The notes: generated by a model from the letters alone, not told the origin. A DNA stretch of 63,331 bases, filler included, from Octopus bimaculoides (GCF_001194135.2; 8 parts of 8 records of this genome joined end to end with filler, not necessarily neighbours in it); one strand, 5' to 3'. Positions 13,215 to 26,989 are shown, counted from the first letter of the whole stretch. Numbers and translations are program-made.

Positions 13215-13500
13215 TCACCAGCATTCAATATTGCAACAATCAACAGCAACAATATCATCAACAACATTCCAAACATCTTCACCACCACCACTGCTACCAT
13301 CACCAATAACATTATCAATACAACTAACATTACCAATCTCGCCACCTACACCATCACCAACAACACCGAACCCCACCACCAACACCTTACTACCACTTTC
13401 ACCATCATCACCAATAGCATTGCTACCACCATAGACAACATCACCACAGAAGCCGCCATCCAACCACAGCATAAATAACAACTACTACAGCAACAACAAG
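13215..13500. repeat. Degenerate (ACC/AAC/ATC)n low-complexity tract
   Basis: Seen directly; gives a spurious Ser/Pro/Thr-rich ORF. Confidence 0.8.
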
Positions 13501-14404
13501 TCGAGTAGTGGCAATAATCAGTTCAAACGTTAATAGAAAAAAATCAGTGAATCAATCAGGTGAAATTTACGTTGAAGAGTTTTCACGTTGGAAGATTTCA
13601 CGCTGTGGGTTGATTCCACTGATTTCAACTATCGTCGCCATTTGTTTCTTTGAATCTTAGGTCAAACGAAGTATGCGTTATGTGCTTACGTGCTTCACGT
13701 GCAATCACAACAAACACAAATTACTGGATGAGTTTAGATGTAAAAGCAAAGTCTGAAAGAAAGTTCTTAAATGAATTCCACTAATTTACGCACAAGCAAA
13801 CAAACATACAGACACAAACACACATAAATACACATACAATATATATAAAAAAAACACACTCGTATACACTTATGCACTAACAAACAGATGGTATGTGTAG
13901 GAGTATCATGGTATGTGTATTATCATATAAATCTTCGATAAATCTAAGTGCACTTCCACCGAAATCTAGTAACGGTCAGAGATTATGACGCACTATGGAG
14001 GAGTTGGGGTGGGTAAAAAGTTAGTGTTTGCGCATCTATAAAATGATTTAGTTCTGTGTAGGTGTATACACACACATACATGCGTACACACATAGCCGCA
14101 TACATACATACATACATACAGACACACATTCATTATATAGACACACATACATTATATATACATGTATACTTATATGCATACACACATAAGTACATACATA
14201 CGCCTTTTTCGCAGGTGGTGTTATGCACGGTTACGTTGAAAGCAACACCTAATGCGTTGTAGAACTATTCTAACACGTAGCCAGGTACCATCATTGATCA
14301 AAAGCCTAAGATTGATCTAATTCAATAATGGTACGAACGATTCCGTAAGTTTAGTTCTTGACTTACATGATATTTTCTCCTTTCTTATCATCAATGCAGG
14401 TTTT

Positions 14405-14600
14405 AAGGCGGCGAGCTGGCAGAATCGTTAGTAACGCCGGGTGAAATGCTTAGCGGTACTTCGTCTGCCGCTACGTTCTGAGTTCAAATTCCGCCGAGGT
14501 CGACTTTGCTTTTCATCCTTTCGGATGAGTACTGGGGTCGGCGTAATCTACTTAACCTCTCCCCCAAATTTCAGGCTTTGTGCCTATAGTAGAAGGGATT
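14405..14600 (+). mobile_element. SINE family 1
   Basis: GGCGGCGAGCTGGCAGAATCGTT A-box head and GAGTTCAAATTCC B box. Confidence 0.85.
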
Positions 14601-14619
14601 ATTCTTTTCTACTCAAGGC

Positions 14620-15015
14620 ATAAGACCTGAAATTTTGGAGGAGGAGGCCAGTCGATTAGATCGGCCACTGTACGCAACTGGTACTTAATTTATTGACCCC
14701 GTAATTTATCAACCTTGGCAGAATTTGAACTCAGAACGTAAAGACAGACGAAATACCGTTAAGCATTTCGCCCGGTGTGCTAACATTTCTTATTTATTTA
14801 TTGCCCACAAGGGGCTAAACATAGAGGAGACAAACAAAGGGATTAAGTCGATTTACATCGACCTCAGTGCGTAACTAGTACTTAATTTATCGACCCCGAA
14901 AGGATGAAAGGCAAAGTCGACCTCAGTGGAATTTGAACTCAGAACGTAACGGCAGACGGAATACCGCAAAGTATTTCGCCCGGCGTGCTAACGTTTCTGC
15001 CAGCTCACCGCCTTG
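14620..15015 (-). mobile_element. Two SINE family 1 copies (one partial), inverted relative to 14405-14600
   Basis: Reverse-complement matches to the family 1 head and body. Confidence 0.8.
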
Positions 15016-15454
15016 TAGAAGGGATTATTAAAGCAGCTTCATTATATAAATCGCACAATACATAGTTTCTTTTCTTTTTTCGTTTTTTTTGTAAACATCA
15101 CTGAAGCAGAGTAACATAGTTAATGCTCTTTTTGCTCTTCAGGAAAAGTTGCAAATAATGTTTAATGTAAAGAATAAAGTGAATTTAAGATCTAATTCTC
15201 TGTATTCCATAACACATGTAAATTTTGCTGGACAGGTCCGCCTTGGTAAGCTAAACAATGATTATCCCCGTTCCCTCATCTTTTTCATTTCATTTTATCT
15301 TGGCCATCTATATCTCGCCAAATATGCACTACTTTGAAGAACTCACTGATGACAACTGTAATCACACAGGAAGCACTATTGATGTGATATAGATATCAAA
15401 ATGAATCTGCAGAGTATCCATAGATAGTTATATATGTACATTAACGCATATGTA

Positions 15455-15605
15455 TGTAGGCGCAGGCCTCGCTGTGCGATAAGTAGTTTGCTTCCCAACC
15501 ACATGATTGCGGTTTCAGTTCCAGGCAAATGTCTTCTACTATAGCGTCAGGCTGACCAAAGTCTTGTGAGTGGAGTTGGTAGACGGAAATTGTAAGAAGC
15601 CCGTC

Positions 15606-15678
<73 letters not shown>

Positions 15679-15870
15679 TGTGCTTATCCCCACCACCGCT
15701 TGACAACCGGTGCTGGTATGTATACGTCCCCGTAACTTAACGGTTCAGCAAAAGAAACCGATGGATGGGTAGCAGGCTTTACAAATAATCATAAGTTCGA
15801 TTAAAATTCCTCAGGGCGATGCCCTAGCATGGCCGCAGTCTAATGACTGAAACAGGTAAGAGATAAAAGA
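15455..15870 (+). mobile_element. tRNA-head SINE (family 2) with internal (TA)n(TG)n microsatellite
   Basis: GGCGCAGGC..GCTGTG head, then AAGAAGCCCGTCG(TA)n(TG)n, then a conserved tail ending GACTGAAACAGGTAAG. Confidence 0.8.
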
Positions 15871-16004
15871 TAGAAAGCTAGACTTACCCTTCTAAAAGTA
15901 TTTACACCTCCTCTTCCGCATCCAGAAGATGAAAAAAAAAACAGATGAAAAATGCAAACATCTTTAAAAAACCAGTCGGCATCTTTTACTTTTATCGTTT
16001 ATTT

Positions 16005-16370
16005 GTTACAGTCATTTGCCTGCGGCCATACTGGGGCACCGCTTTGGAGAATTTTTTAATCGACGCCATTTCTTTTATTTTGAAGCCTGGTAATTATTCT
16101 ATGGTCTCTTTCGCCGAACCCCTAGGTTACGGAGACATAAACATACCAGTAACGGTTACCAAGCGGTGGAGGGGGACAAACACAAATACACACACACACA
16201 CACACACACACGACGGGCTTTTTTAATTTTCCGTCTACGAAATCCACTAACAAGGCTTTAGTCGACCTGTGGGTATAGTAGGAGACACTTGCACAAAGTG
16301 CCACGCAGCGGAACTGGAACTGGAACCATTTGACTGCTAAGCAAGTATCTTATCACACAGCCACGCCTGT
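16005..16370 (-). mobile_element. SINE family 2, inverted relative to 15455-15870
   Basis: Reverse-complement match including the internal (CA)n. Confidence 0.8.
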
Positions 16371-16399
16371 AAACATATTTTTTAGAGACTATTAATAGC

Positions 16400-18600
16400 T
16401 ATAATTTTATTCTACCATACTCAAAAACCCATGGACATTTTAATATTAGCACCTGAACAATAGATTATTTGTGATCTTTATCAGTTTCTCCTTTAATCGA
16501 TAACTGGAAATTAGACTATTATAGATCTTTGTTCAGATTATGCCACCAGTACTTTTGATATAATTCCTTTAACCAAAGACAATACTAATAATAGCTTCTC
16601 AAAGTAAAAAAAGTAAATATCAATTTCACAGGGCTGGCTGGACAGAATGCATTAAATATTTATCACCTGGTAACAATGTTAACAATATCCTGTCTGTTGA
16701 AGATCTAAAACTAAATCTACAAATATTTATAGAACAAATTCAAAAGCGAATTACAGAGAGAAAGTACTCGTTTCCTATTACAATCTAAATAAAAACAACG
16801 ATAGTAACGAGAAAGATAACAACTATAAAAAAGACATGCTGGAATAAAGAATTAAAAGGAAAGAAATGATTCGATCATTGCAAAAAAGGAAACACTACGT
16901 AACAGATTCCCGATTAGATGAGGAGATCGAGAGTAAACAAACGTGAGATCAAGTAAAATGTTTTTTTTTGTTTTTGTTTTTGTTTTCTACGGGCGTGGGA
17001 ACGTTATCTGAATATGAAAAGCTTTACACTGTAGGGAATTCTTTTCTCCACGACACATTGCAGTGACAAGTCTCTTACGGGTTCAAATATCTTTTAAACA
17101 TATTTTAACTGGTTTATTCTCTAGGCAACACATTTTAACTGTAGAAACATTTAAGAATTACAAAAAATAGTTCAAAAAGAAAAAAAATGTGCCAATATTG
17201 ATTTCCGTTGTAGTAAAGCTATTTTAGAGTCCATTGGAGATATAAGGAAGATATACAGAATACATACATACGTGTGTGTGTATGTGCGTGTGTGCGTGTT
17301 ACACACTTCTGAATTCTTCTCGTTGTTCGCAGAAGAGTTTCTTTTATTCTAGAAGAAAGGGATTTCCATTTAACAAGCAATCCAGCAAAAATTAAGAAGG
17401 TATTTGTTTCAATTTAGAATTTAAATTTTTACTCCAATTATTAAGCAATAATTATTATTAGCTAAAGATGAGTTAAAAGAAGGGACAGCTACCGATCGAT
17501 TTCAAATTTGAAACTTTATTTTCAATGATACATGGATTGTAATACAGGAAAGTCTATTAAATCAATGAAATAATTTACTTAAATTTCAACAACACCCGGA
17601 TATGTGGAAATTTCTCCGCACCCTAATAATACCTAAACCAAATAATGGCGGCTATTGTTTAATCAGATCATATCTTCTAAGTAATCTTTCTAAAATGTTG
17701 GGAAAAATAAGAGACAACAGTCTGTCTTAATTAGGGGAAGCAAAGAATAGTTTTCGCAAATCCCAGTTCAGATTTCGCGTGGATAAAGCAATGAAAATTG
17801 TATACATGAAATAACCACATTCATCATAAACAGATGGAAAAGTCGAATAATCTGATCATACGAAATAGAAAAGCTTTCAATATTTGACACTAACAAAAAA
17901 GAAAAAAAAATATGACGCTAACTAAAGAAAATTAAACTATTATAAAAATTACAACCATCATTGTTACTAGGCTGCTAGCTTTCTCACCTATCACACTACA
18001 AAAATGATTCTTAATAATGATAAAAGACAAATTATACTGGATGTAGTCGTTTTTTCGAAATAAGTTAAAAGAGGTGTATCTAAAGAGATCAGTCTTAACG
18101 CCTGTTAAGTTATTTTAAGGTGAATTTTTATTTTTAAAAATATGATATTTCAAGACCCGTCGGTAAGATGTTTGTTGAAAGAAATAGCGGTGCTTTTGTA
18201 GACAGGAAAAAAAAAATTCTATTTGTTTGTTCAATGTTTTTTTTAAAATGAATAGTTTTCTTAATGCAATTCTTTAAAACTGAAGTATTTTTGTAAAAAA
18301 ATAAAAACTTCGTATCAAAACACAGCCGTGAATAATTAGACAAGCAAATCAAATGGCCGCAACCCAACAATTAAAATAGACGAAACCATTTAGCTTAATG
18401 CAACATTAAATATTTCTATGCAAAGAAAACACAAAACTAAAAACAAACCAAAAACATTTAATAATATAATGAAAATCAATAAAAATCGAAACAATCAATT
18501 CATTAAACAAGAAAAACTTTATGGTATACCAAACATATCTTTTACGTTTCATACCAAAACTAATTCTCTCCTAAATCAACAAAGGAGACTCAGCGGGCTC
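16400..18600 (+). mobile_element. Highly degenerate APE-type LINE remnant (clade uncertain)
   Basis: Broken motifs QHPDMWKFLRTLIIPKPNNGGY..LLSNLSKML, SQFRFR and a GV..SVL-like stretch correspond to early RT domains. Confidence 0.45.
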
Positions 18601-20286
18601 ACCTGACCTTTTAGAAGCAGTAGTCAAATCTTCCTCAAATTACATCCTACTACTTAAACAATAAATAAGTAAAATAGATAAAACAGGAAGGTAGTATAAG
18701 TTAAGATAATACTAGATACACCATATGTGAGTAGTAGATGAGATAGTTTCAGCTGGAATATATTTGACGATAGATCTATTCACTGAAGGCCGATCTGATA
18801 TAAATGACAACTTAACCTCCTCAAAATAGTAAGTACCTCTCTTCTGCAACAGCAAGTCAAAATATTAGCCTCTGCATAACCACTATTAGAAATAGCAGTT
18901 TAAGCTCTCTTCAGTTCGTGATCTGTCCTCGTAAAATAGAGAGATGGCATGCCTGTATTGGTTAATGTAATCCCAAATACCTCATACTTTAAATAAGGAT
19001 AGGATTATCTTGGCTCGAAATCTTTTGATTATAAAATTGACCAATCAGGGTTGAATTAGGATGAAGCAACAACAACAACAACGACCACGACGATGATGAC
19101 AACAACAAAAACAAACAATCTATGCATTATCCAATGCAACAATGGCTTTTGCTTTTCCACGAAATTTTTGTTGGTAAATGCACGTGTATACTTCAGTTAT
19201 TAGTATTTCTGAAACGGTTACGTACTCGCAACTGTTTTCATTCCATGACCTTCCCAAAGTGTAAGGTGGATAAAATTGCTGCAAGCATAGTTGCGAGGTT
19301 AAGAAGGATATTTTTCTCCAACAATTTTTTTCTTAAAACTCCGATGATATATTTAGCCGTTTGCCTATCCTGTGTATCACATCTGATGCAGAGGACATAT
19401 TTCCCTAGTGTCCATACATTACGTCATATATGATACACATTCCCAACCACCAGAATAACTTAGGACTTAGGAAAAGTTTCATACTATTACTAAGACCGTA
19501 TGAAACAATGGCTAACTAAAAGTCTGCAAACAAGCATGGGCGCTTGGGACACACTTATGAAAACGTTTTGAACAGGCAAACGTTTAATGAATGTAGATTT
19601 TAATTTATTATAAGAAAGCTTAAATAGTATCTTATACCATTAATTTAACGACTACACATCACCCTTAAGACATCAACCAATGAACATCAACATTTTGAAC
19701 ATAATTTCTTAATACAAAATAAGTGGAATTAAATGAGAAAATTTGCCATATTACCTGATGTGCCATGAAACGATGAAATTTTGAATTCTCTGTGTGATTA
19801 TGAAGTATTCTGATAAAGGATTCAGCGATGATGTTTTTCTATCGATAGTTGCATTCTGTGTCCATAGCTGATTTCAAAATTCATCTTTACATAACACTTT
19901 AATCTATTTCTGTCTAATTTGATTTAATGGAATTTATTAAAACACAAACGCAAATACGCAGTTAAACATATTGAGAGGATTGCGAATATCTTGTTAAAAT
20001 TGCAATTATAGAAATCGGACATTCCACTTTTTTCGTGTTAATACACATATTCTTGTTGTTGCTCTTGTCGTTGGTGTCATTCTCGTCGTTGTCGTTGCTG
20101 CTGCTGCTGCTGCTGTTGTTGTTGCTTTTATGTAGTTAGCTTATGGCCAGATCCTGTTCAGCAGTCCTATTATAAGTCGGTAACCGACCGAACCATATAA
20201 GACCCACAGTTATTTCTTTCACTAGCACTGTGTCCATCTAACCAAGGATATTAAGATGAAGGGGAGTAGTTTAGCGTTCTGATAAT

Positions 20287-20327
<41 letters not shown>

Positions 20328-20499
20328 AGCAGCCCAATCTGAACACCTATAGACTGGTGGAAGTGGGTAAGGTGTACTGGGTCAGATCATAACAGTTGCT
20401 GTTCCTATGCAATTATTTTTATTGATATGTATCACTATACAGTTTTTTTCGGGTTAATGAGGTGAATAATATGGCAGTTTTATATTCATATGCGTGCTT

Positions 20500-21535
20500 T
20501 TCATGTTTGTCTAAATTGAGTGGGAGAAAGTGAGAGTGTGTTTCGGATGCTGCTGTAGTAGTGTATCGGGCTGTTATATATGTGCCTAGGGGTTTGGAGA
20601 GGAATTTTAAAGCACTTGTAGGGATTGTGACAGTAGAAGTTTCTTGCTGAAGGAAACTTTGACCGTCGCATAACCAGATGCTCTTTAATTTTTAGTATTT
20701 TTGTACCTTTTTTTATAGCTTGTTTGCGTACTGTATGTACAACTTGTGATGATACATTACGCCATTTTGAATTGTGTAGTTCATTGTGATTTGTGATGGA
20801 AAGGTTGGAAACCCAAGCAAGTTTGGAATTTTTCACGATAAATCACAAGATATATCTTTATATCATTGTCATTGATTCTTTTTGTTAACCAAATATGCTA
20901 CGTGGGAGTGCTTTATGTGCGTCATTTTGCAGTATTCTTTTACTGTTATCTACGTGCAGTGTGAAGAAGCTGTTTGTAACTTTTAGTATTTTCACCTTCT
21001 GTGTTTGAGGTATATTTATGTACTGTGCGTGATGTTTGGTTCCATTTTATGTTCTACGATATACCTCATATGACGGGAGATAATGGATTTGGTAGGTACG
21101 AATTTTCGCTTACTTTGAAGGTTTCTAGGAGAAATACAGAAGGTTCGAGTAGTTATACAGCTGTAAAGGTTTACTGAGACCGACGGTAGATGGAAGTTGC
21201 GTGTTGGTGGTGTTTTATCATTTATACAGTTGTCTGTATGTAGAGATCTGAACTGTGTTATAATTTATAGAGGAGATATTGTGGGTTGATGATGTTAAAG
21301 ATTCTAAAGGCTTTGATTGTACTCATAGGAGATAGATAGATTTGAATAATGTTACTTCACTTGGGTATTTCTTGTAATTTTTCATACGTTCCAGATTCTG
21401 AGAAGTTGGTAATGTTGATACAGATAGATGTAATATTCGTTCAGGCTCGGCGTGATTTAAGTTTAATATGTGATTTTGTATGACTGTAAGGTTTTTGACT
21501 AAAATTTCTTCATTATTTTTTGTGTGTTTCATAGA
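20500..21535 (-). mobile_element. Degenerate LINE-like remnant
   Basis: Strand-biased A/C-rich sequence with weak endonuclease-like words (INDKTPPTRNF). No clean ORF. Confidence 0.3.
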
Positions 21536-21562
21536 AGGAAGGATTGGAAATATGATCTAGAT

Positions 21563-22405
21563 CAGTGTTTCTCAACCATTTTTTACTTGTGAATCCCTTT
21601 GATACCTATGTTACACGGCTGGACCCAAACAGCCGTTCAATGTTTAAAAAAAATCATATTATAATAGCGGGACCCATGAATATTAATAAACTTATTGAGC
21701 TATTTCTGAAACCTCTATCTAAAAATCTGAAAGCGTAGCTTGTGTTGTGTCTGTATCAAAAGACAATCGCTCATCTGTTACTCATCCAAAAGTGAAGGAA
21801 ATTGGAATACGAAGATTACTTAATGCACTTTATATATACACTTTATACACTTTCTGCACAATTTTATAGACTTAATACACATCACTCTTCCTCTTTCTCT
21901 CTCATTCTTTGCCTTACCCTATTTTTCTCTCTCCTTTTTCTTTCGCTCATCGTCTTTCACTTCAACTAACCACGTGAAAGCGTTACATACGAGCTAAGTA
22001 ACGTAGGAAAAATTACACATTTCACTCACCACTACCTCTCCCTCCCCTCCCTTCTACCTCATCTTACCTCACCCTCCCCAACCTCCCATCAAAATAATCA
22101 TGTGGAAGCGTTACGGACGAACTAAGTAACGGAGGAAGAAGCAGAATTGTAAAATTTTTAAAATTAAATATTGGGTCATCCCTTAGATAATGCAATTTTT
22201 TCAGTTGCATGAATTAAAAGCCGGAGGGAAAAAGCAAGTAATATTATTTGGAATTGTATTAAAAAAGTAAGATATTTTATGCATTGTAGATGTATAACCA
22301 ATTTATCGCAGATAAATTTTAACAGCAAAAACTTTATATGGACCCCCCTCCCCAGGTCATATGGACCCCCCCAAGAGTCATAGGAACCCCGGTTGAAAAC
22401 CACGG
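21563..22405. mobile_element. hAT (Charlie-like) non-autonomous element
   Basis: TIRs CAGTGTTTCTCAACC / GGTTGAAAACCACGG; flanks ATCTAGAT and GTCTAGAA fit the NTCTAGAN target. Related pieces near 55023-55266 and 62090-62200. Confidence 0.7.
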
Positions 22406-23426
22406 GTCTAGAATTTTCAAAAGAGTAATTTTACGTTTTCTTCTCATGTCGTTTTCGTGGGTATTTGAAAGGCGACTTTCGAGAAATATCTGTTAAGGTC
22501 GTTTCTCGGTGTTGCAACGCAGGTATGTTTTTGAGTATGCTGTTATGTCATGGAATATGATGCAGCTGTTCTTATTGGTGCTGCTGTTGTTTCTGATTCT
22601 AATAATTACTTTATATAGAGTTATGTTCCGTGTTTTGCGGTTTATATCGGAAACAAATGTTTGTCAACTTTCTGTATCTCAATCATTTTATTTATGCTAT
22701 TTTCCTTGTTTTGTTGTTTAAATTCTGTTTGTGTGGCGTTGGTGTATTGTGTTTTAGGCTATCTTTGGTTTTGATCAAGTTGCATACTTCTGGTATGTAA
22801 TTGAATTGTATTTACTTGTACTGCCTCGTGGAATACGTAAGTCTATAATTATAAGTCTATGTCTATAATCATCTAATTGAATGTATGCTTTGCAGTATCA
22901 ATGTTCCTAATTATGACGCCGTTGCGTTTTAAATACCTTGATTCTGTTTCTTGGTGTGAGTTTGTTTTGTCAAAGTTTGTGGAAAGTGCTTTTACTTTCT
23001 TCATTGATGCACAAATGCAATATTACGATAATTGATCGGGGGTATGAGTGAGTTAGAGGATTGTTTGTGCACATAAAGACTTGTATTGGCGAGGCATATC
23101 TGTGCGCATGTGTGAGTTGTTTAAGATGTCAAAAAGACTTCATATGCAATGCTGTTGCATGTATTGTTGTTGTTGTTGTTGTTATTATTATTATAATAAT
23201 CAGCAGAATCATCATCATCGTTATTATTATATTTTCCGAAAACCAGGATATCTTGAGTGAATTGAAATTCCTCCACTGTTTATGTTAAGAAGAATTTTCA
23301 AGTGATGTAAGTTGTGGGCATTATTGATAACGTAAGTGGTGCTCTCTCTCTCTCCCTCTCCCCCTTTCTCATCATACACACATATGCATATACATACATA
23401 CATACATACATAAATATATATATAAA

Positions 23427-23479
<53 letters not shown>

Positions 23480-23567
23480 GAGAATATACAAATAATAACA
23501 ACAGACGAGGACAGGTGGTGTAAATAACAAAAGTATATATTAGTATGACGCTCGGGAATACGGAAAG

Positions 23568-23604
23568 TCTTTGACGTTTCGAGCTACGCTCTTCAACAGA
23601 AAGA
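23568..23604 (-). ncRNA. Minimal type-I hammerhead ribozyme fold in a Penelope-type terminal repeat
   Basis: TCTTT-CTGTTGA-A-GAGC(GTA)GCTC-GAAA-C-GTC-AAAGA. Stem I 5 bp, stem II 4 bp, palindromic ACGT helix III, GUC site. Core position 6 is U instead of A. Confidence 0.6.
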
Positions 23605-24684
23605 ATACGGAGACAAGGAGAAAAACACGGAGAAAAGAAATTGAATAGTGTTCAGTCAGTGAGAGAGAGAGAAAGAGAGAGAAGGAGAGGGAAAGAGAGA
23701 AACAAATAGATGCTGGTTTTATTTTGAACGATTGCATTTCTAGTGTAGTAAACCTTAGACGTTTTTCCAATTAATTTAAACATATCGTTTACTGTTTCGT
23801 CCTGGTGGCCACATGACTTTGTGCATGCTATAGAGCCTCTTCCGTAGTGATAGAGTCTGTTCAAACTTATGCGATGCCTGTGACATGGTTGTTAAAATGC
23901 TTCCTGGATTACTGTCGCGTGAAATGCTATGCAAGAAAATAAAATACTTTAGTTCTCTTAAAATACCTCGTAGGTCGTTAATGTTGTGCTGTATTATTTC
24001 TAGTATTTTCCCGTTATCTTTGCAAGTTTTTGTGGGTTTTTTTTTGTTTGTTAGTGTGAAGCGTTCAGATATGGTAATGTTAGGAAGAGACATAATAATG
24101 TTACTTCATGTTTTCATGTCGTTGTTATGACTGTTGTCTGTGATGTAGGTATTATTTCTAAAATGTACTTTTAAGTGGAGTTTTGTAAATGTTGTTATAA
24201 AACAAGTGGAGCTTCCGTAATCGTGATTGCTTTAATGTATTTGTGTTGCTATCAAGAAAACGGTTTTTAAGGAGTTTAAGATTAATGCAGAGTCTTTCGC
24301 TTTGTCGCATTCAGATAATACTCGAACATGACTATATATTTCTGTCATTCTTTCCACCAGCATTTCTTTATTGCCGTATTATTCCTTGGTTGAAATTATT
24401 CAGAACGTTGAATGATTTTTAAGATTGTAAAATAAATATATGGAAGGAATTTAGCTACAGCAAACCAAGAGATAAACTGTGGGTTTTCTTTCTTGACTAG
24501 CGTTTAATTGTAACTGTTACCAGTCAACCCTGAGCGAGTAGATCTACGATTAATAATGTTCCAACCCATTTTTTCCTTATGTGATGCAGATATTACTGAT
24601 AATGGTAGCGGTGGAGGTGGTATTGTTGTTTCTTGCCCTTTTTTTTCTTTTGTTTTGCTTTGGTGTAAATTAAATTTTGATATA

Positions 24685-24902
24685 CGAAGTGGGTGTTGAA
24701 ATGTTCCTGATTTTAAGGGCTTCGTGGAAAGCCTTGTTGCAGGCTAAGGCTTCCGAGTTCCTTTATAAGGCTTCGAAAAACTGAAAGAACACTGTAATAA
24801 GTGTGTGAACATGAGAGGGAAATATGTTGCATAAAATCATAATTAACTGATTCTCCTGTATTTTCTTTTACCCAAAGCCAAAGGCTTTTCAGCACCCTCT
24901 CG
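24685..24902. mobile_element. Mariner-derived MITE
   Basis: Imperfect TIRs CGAAGTGGGTGTTGAAATGTTCCTG / CCAAAGGCTTTTCAGCACCCTCTCG flanked by TA at 24683-84 and 24903-04. Confidence 0.7.
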
Positions 24903-25662
24903 TATGATANNNNNNNNNNNNNNNNNNNNNNNNNNNNNNNNNNNNNNNNNNNNNNNNNNNNNNNNNNNNNNNNNNNNNNNNNNNNNNNNNNNNNNNNNNN
25001 NNNNNNNNNNNNNNNNNNNNNNNNNNNNNNNNNNNNNNNNNNNNNNNNNNNNNNNNNNNNNNNNNNNNNNNNNNNNNNNNNNNNNNNNNNNNNNNNNNNN
25101 NNNNNNNNNNNNNNNNNNNNNNNNNNNNNNNNNNNNNNNNNNNNNNNNNNNNNNNNNNNNNNNNNNNNNNNNNNNNNNNNNNNNNNNNNNNNNNNNNNNN
25201 NNNNNNNNNNNNNNNNNNNNNNNNNNNNNNNNNNNNNNNNNNNNNNNNNNNACACACACACACACACATATATATTTGTAATAATTATAACGATAGAGAA
25301 AATAGAGACTGGCACATCCTCAAACTTTATTCCCTTTTATTTTGCAATGTCATACAGCATGTTTTTATGGTTACAACGACCTACACGTCTGGTTAGTTGC
25401 ATATACAACCGGGCATCATTTTCGGTGCAGCTTCATTCAGCGTCTTTCAACCAGCTTGGCTCGAAGAGAATTATTGCAAATATACATTCCAGATATTATT
25501 AACCATCCAATAAATCGAAAACAGAATTACCCATTGAAGGGGATTACAGCGTGAGTGAGTACTCCTGGTAGTCATAGACGTTAAATAATAATCAATGCGG
25601 TTCGCCGTAACTTGGGACATAACTTAGAACTATCATGGTATCTGTCTCTCTCCCTCTCTTTC

Positions 25663-25701
<39 letters not shown>

Positions 25702-25712
25702 GCCTCTCTGTA

Positions 25713-25755
<43 letters not shown>

Positions 25756-25855
25756 NNNNNNNNNNNNNNNNNNNNNNNNNNNNNNNNNNNNNNNNNNNNT
25801 TAATTAATTAANNNNNNNNNNNNNNNNNNNNNNNNNNNNNNNNNNNNNNNNNNNN
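25756..25855. other. Artificial scaffold join
   Basis: N44-TTAATTAATTAA-N44. Confidence 0.95.
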
Positions 25856-25883
25856 GTGAAAGCACGTTATAAAAATAAAACTA

Positions 25884-25991
<108 letters not shown>

Positions 25992-26006
25992 AAGAAGAAG
26001 AAGAAG

Positions 26007-26037
<31 letters not shown>

Positions 26038-26039
26038 CT

Positions 26040-26232
26040 TCCTACTATAGGTTCAGGGCCGCAGATTTTACATCGATCCCATTTCTCGATTGGTAGTTAT
26101 TTCATCGACCCTGAAAGGATGGAAGGCAAAGTCGACCTTGGCATAAATTGAACTTAGATCGTAACGACAGGCGAAATACCGCTCAGCATTTCCCTCCAGC
26201 GCGCTAACGATTCTGCCAGCTCGCCGCCTTAA
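26040..26232 (-). mobile_element. SINE family 1 between (TAA)n/(AAG)n/(AAC)n tracts
   Basis: Reverse-complement match to the family 1 consensus seen elsewhere in the window. Confidence 0.8.
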
Positions 26233-26236
26233 CGCC

Positions 26237-26329
<93 letters not shown>

Positions 26330-26484
26330 GCAACAACAACGGGGTCAATGAAGAGCTATTGAATATTTCCAAGCAATCAGTTCAGACCTTAATTATAGGT
26401 CAATCAACTCTGTTACTCTCAGATAATTAAATTTAAAAAATTCGCTGAAAATTCGTTCCAATTAAAGCGGGAAAAAAAATAATG

Positions 26485-26544
<60 letters not shown>

Positions 26545-26869
26545 CCATGAAATTTCGGATTTATTTTGTTTCTGATTTGAATTATTTTCTGATTCAGCAA
26601 CAGACGTGAATGTGTACGTATGTGTGTGTATACCTATGAATGTATGACGGTGTGTGCAAATGAGAGTGTGTATGTGTATGACTGTGTGTGTGTGTGTGTG
26701 TGTAATATTTGTGTGCTTATGTGTTTGAGAATATGTGTATATTACTCTAAATGTGTATGTAGATGTGTGTAGATGTATGTATTTGTATGTATATGTATGG
26801 CTATGTACGCATCACTCTAAAATGTGTGTATGCGTGTGCATAACTATTAGTTTGACGTTCGCGGAAAAG

Positions 26870-26908
26870 TCTTTGACGTTTCGAACCTAGCAATCTTCGA
26901 CGGAAAGG
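26870..26908 (-). ncRNA. Degenerate copy of the 23568 hammerhead family
   Basis: CCTTT-CCGTCGA-A-GA..TTC-GAAA-C-GTC-AAAGA. The 3' half is intact and the CUGANGA core is mutated. Confidence 0.4.
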
Positions 26909-26989
26909 GTTGAAGAGGAAGAAAATGGAGAGAGGACGAAAAAAAAGGGAGAGAACAAATGTATAGAGACTGAAGGCTGAACATGATAT

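Noticed and set aside
12973-13224. 83-aa ORF as a host exon
   Set aside because: No recognisable family and no convincing splice pair; possibly TE debris.
14405-14510. tRNA gene
   Set aside because: A and B boxes continue into a SINE body, there is no complete cloverleaf, and many diverged copies exist.
19122-19433. 103-aa ORF or hAT transposase remnant
   Set aside because: No diagnostic motif could be read on either strand.
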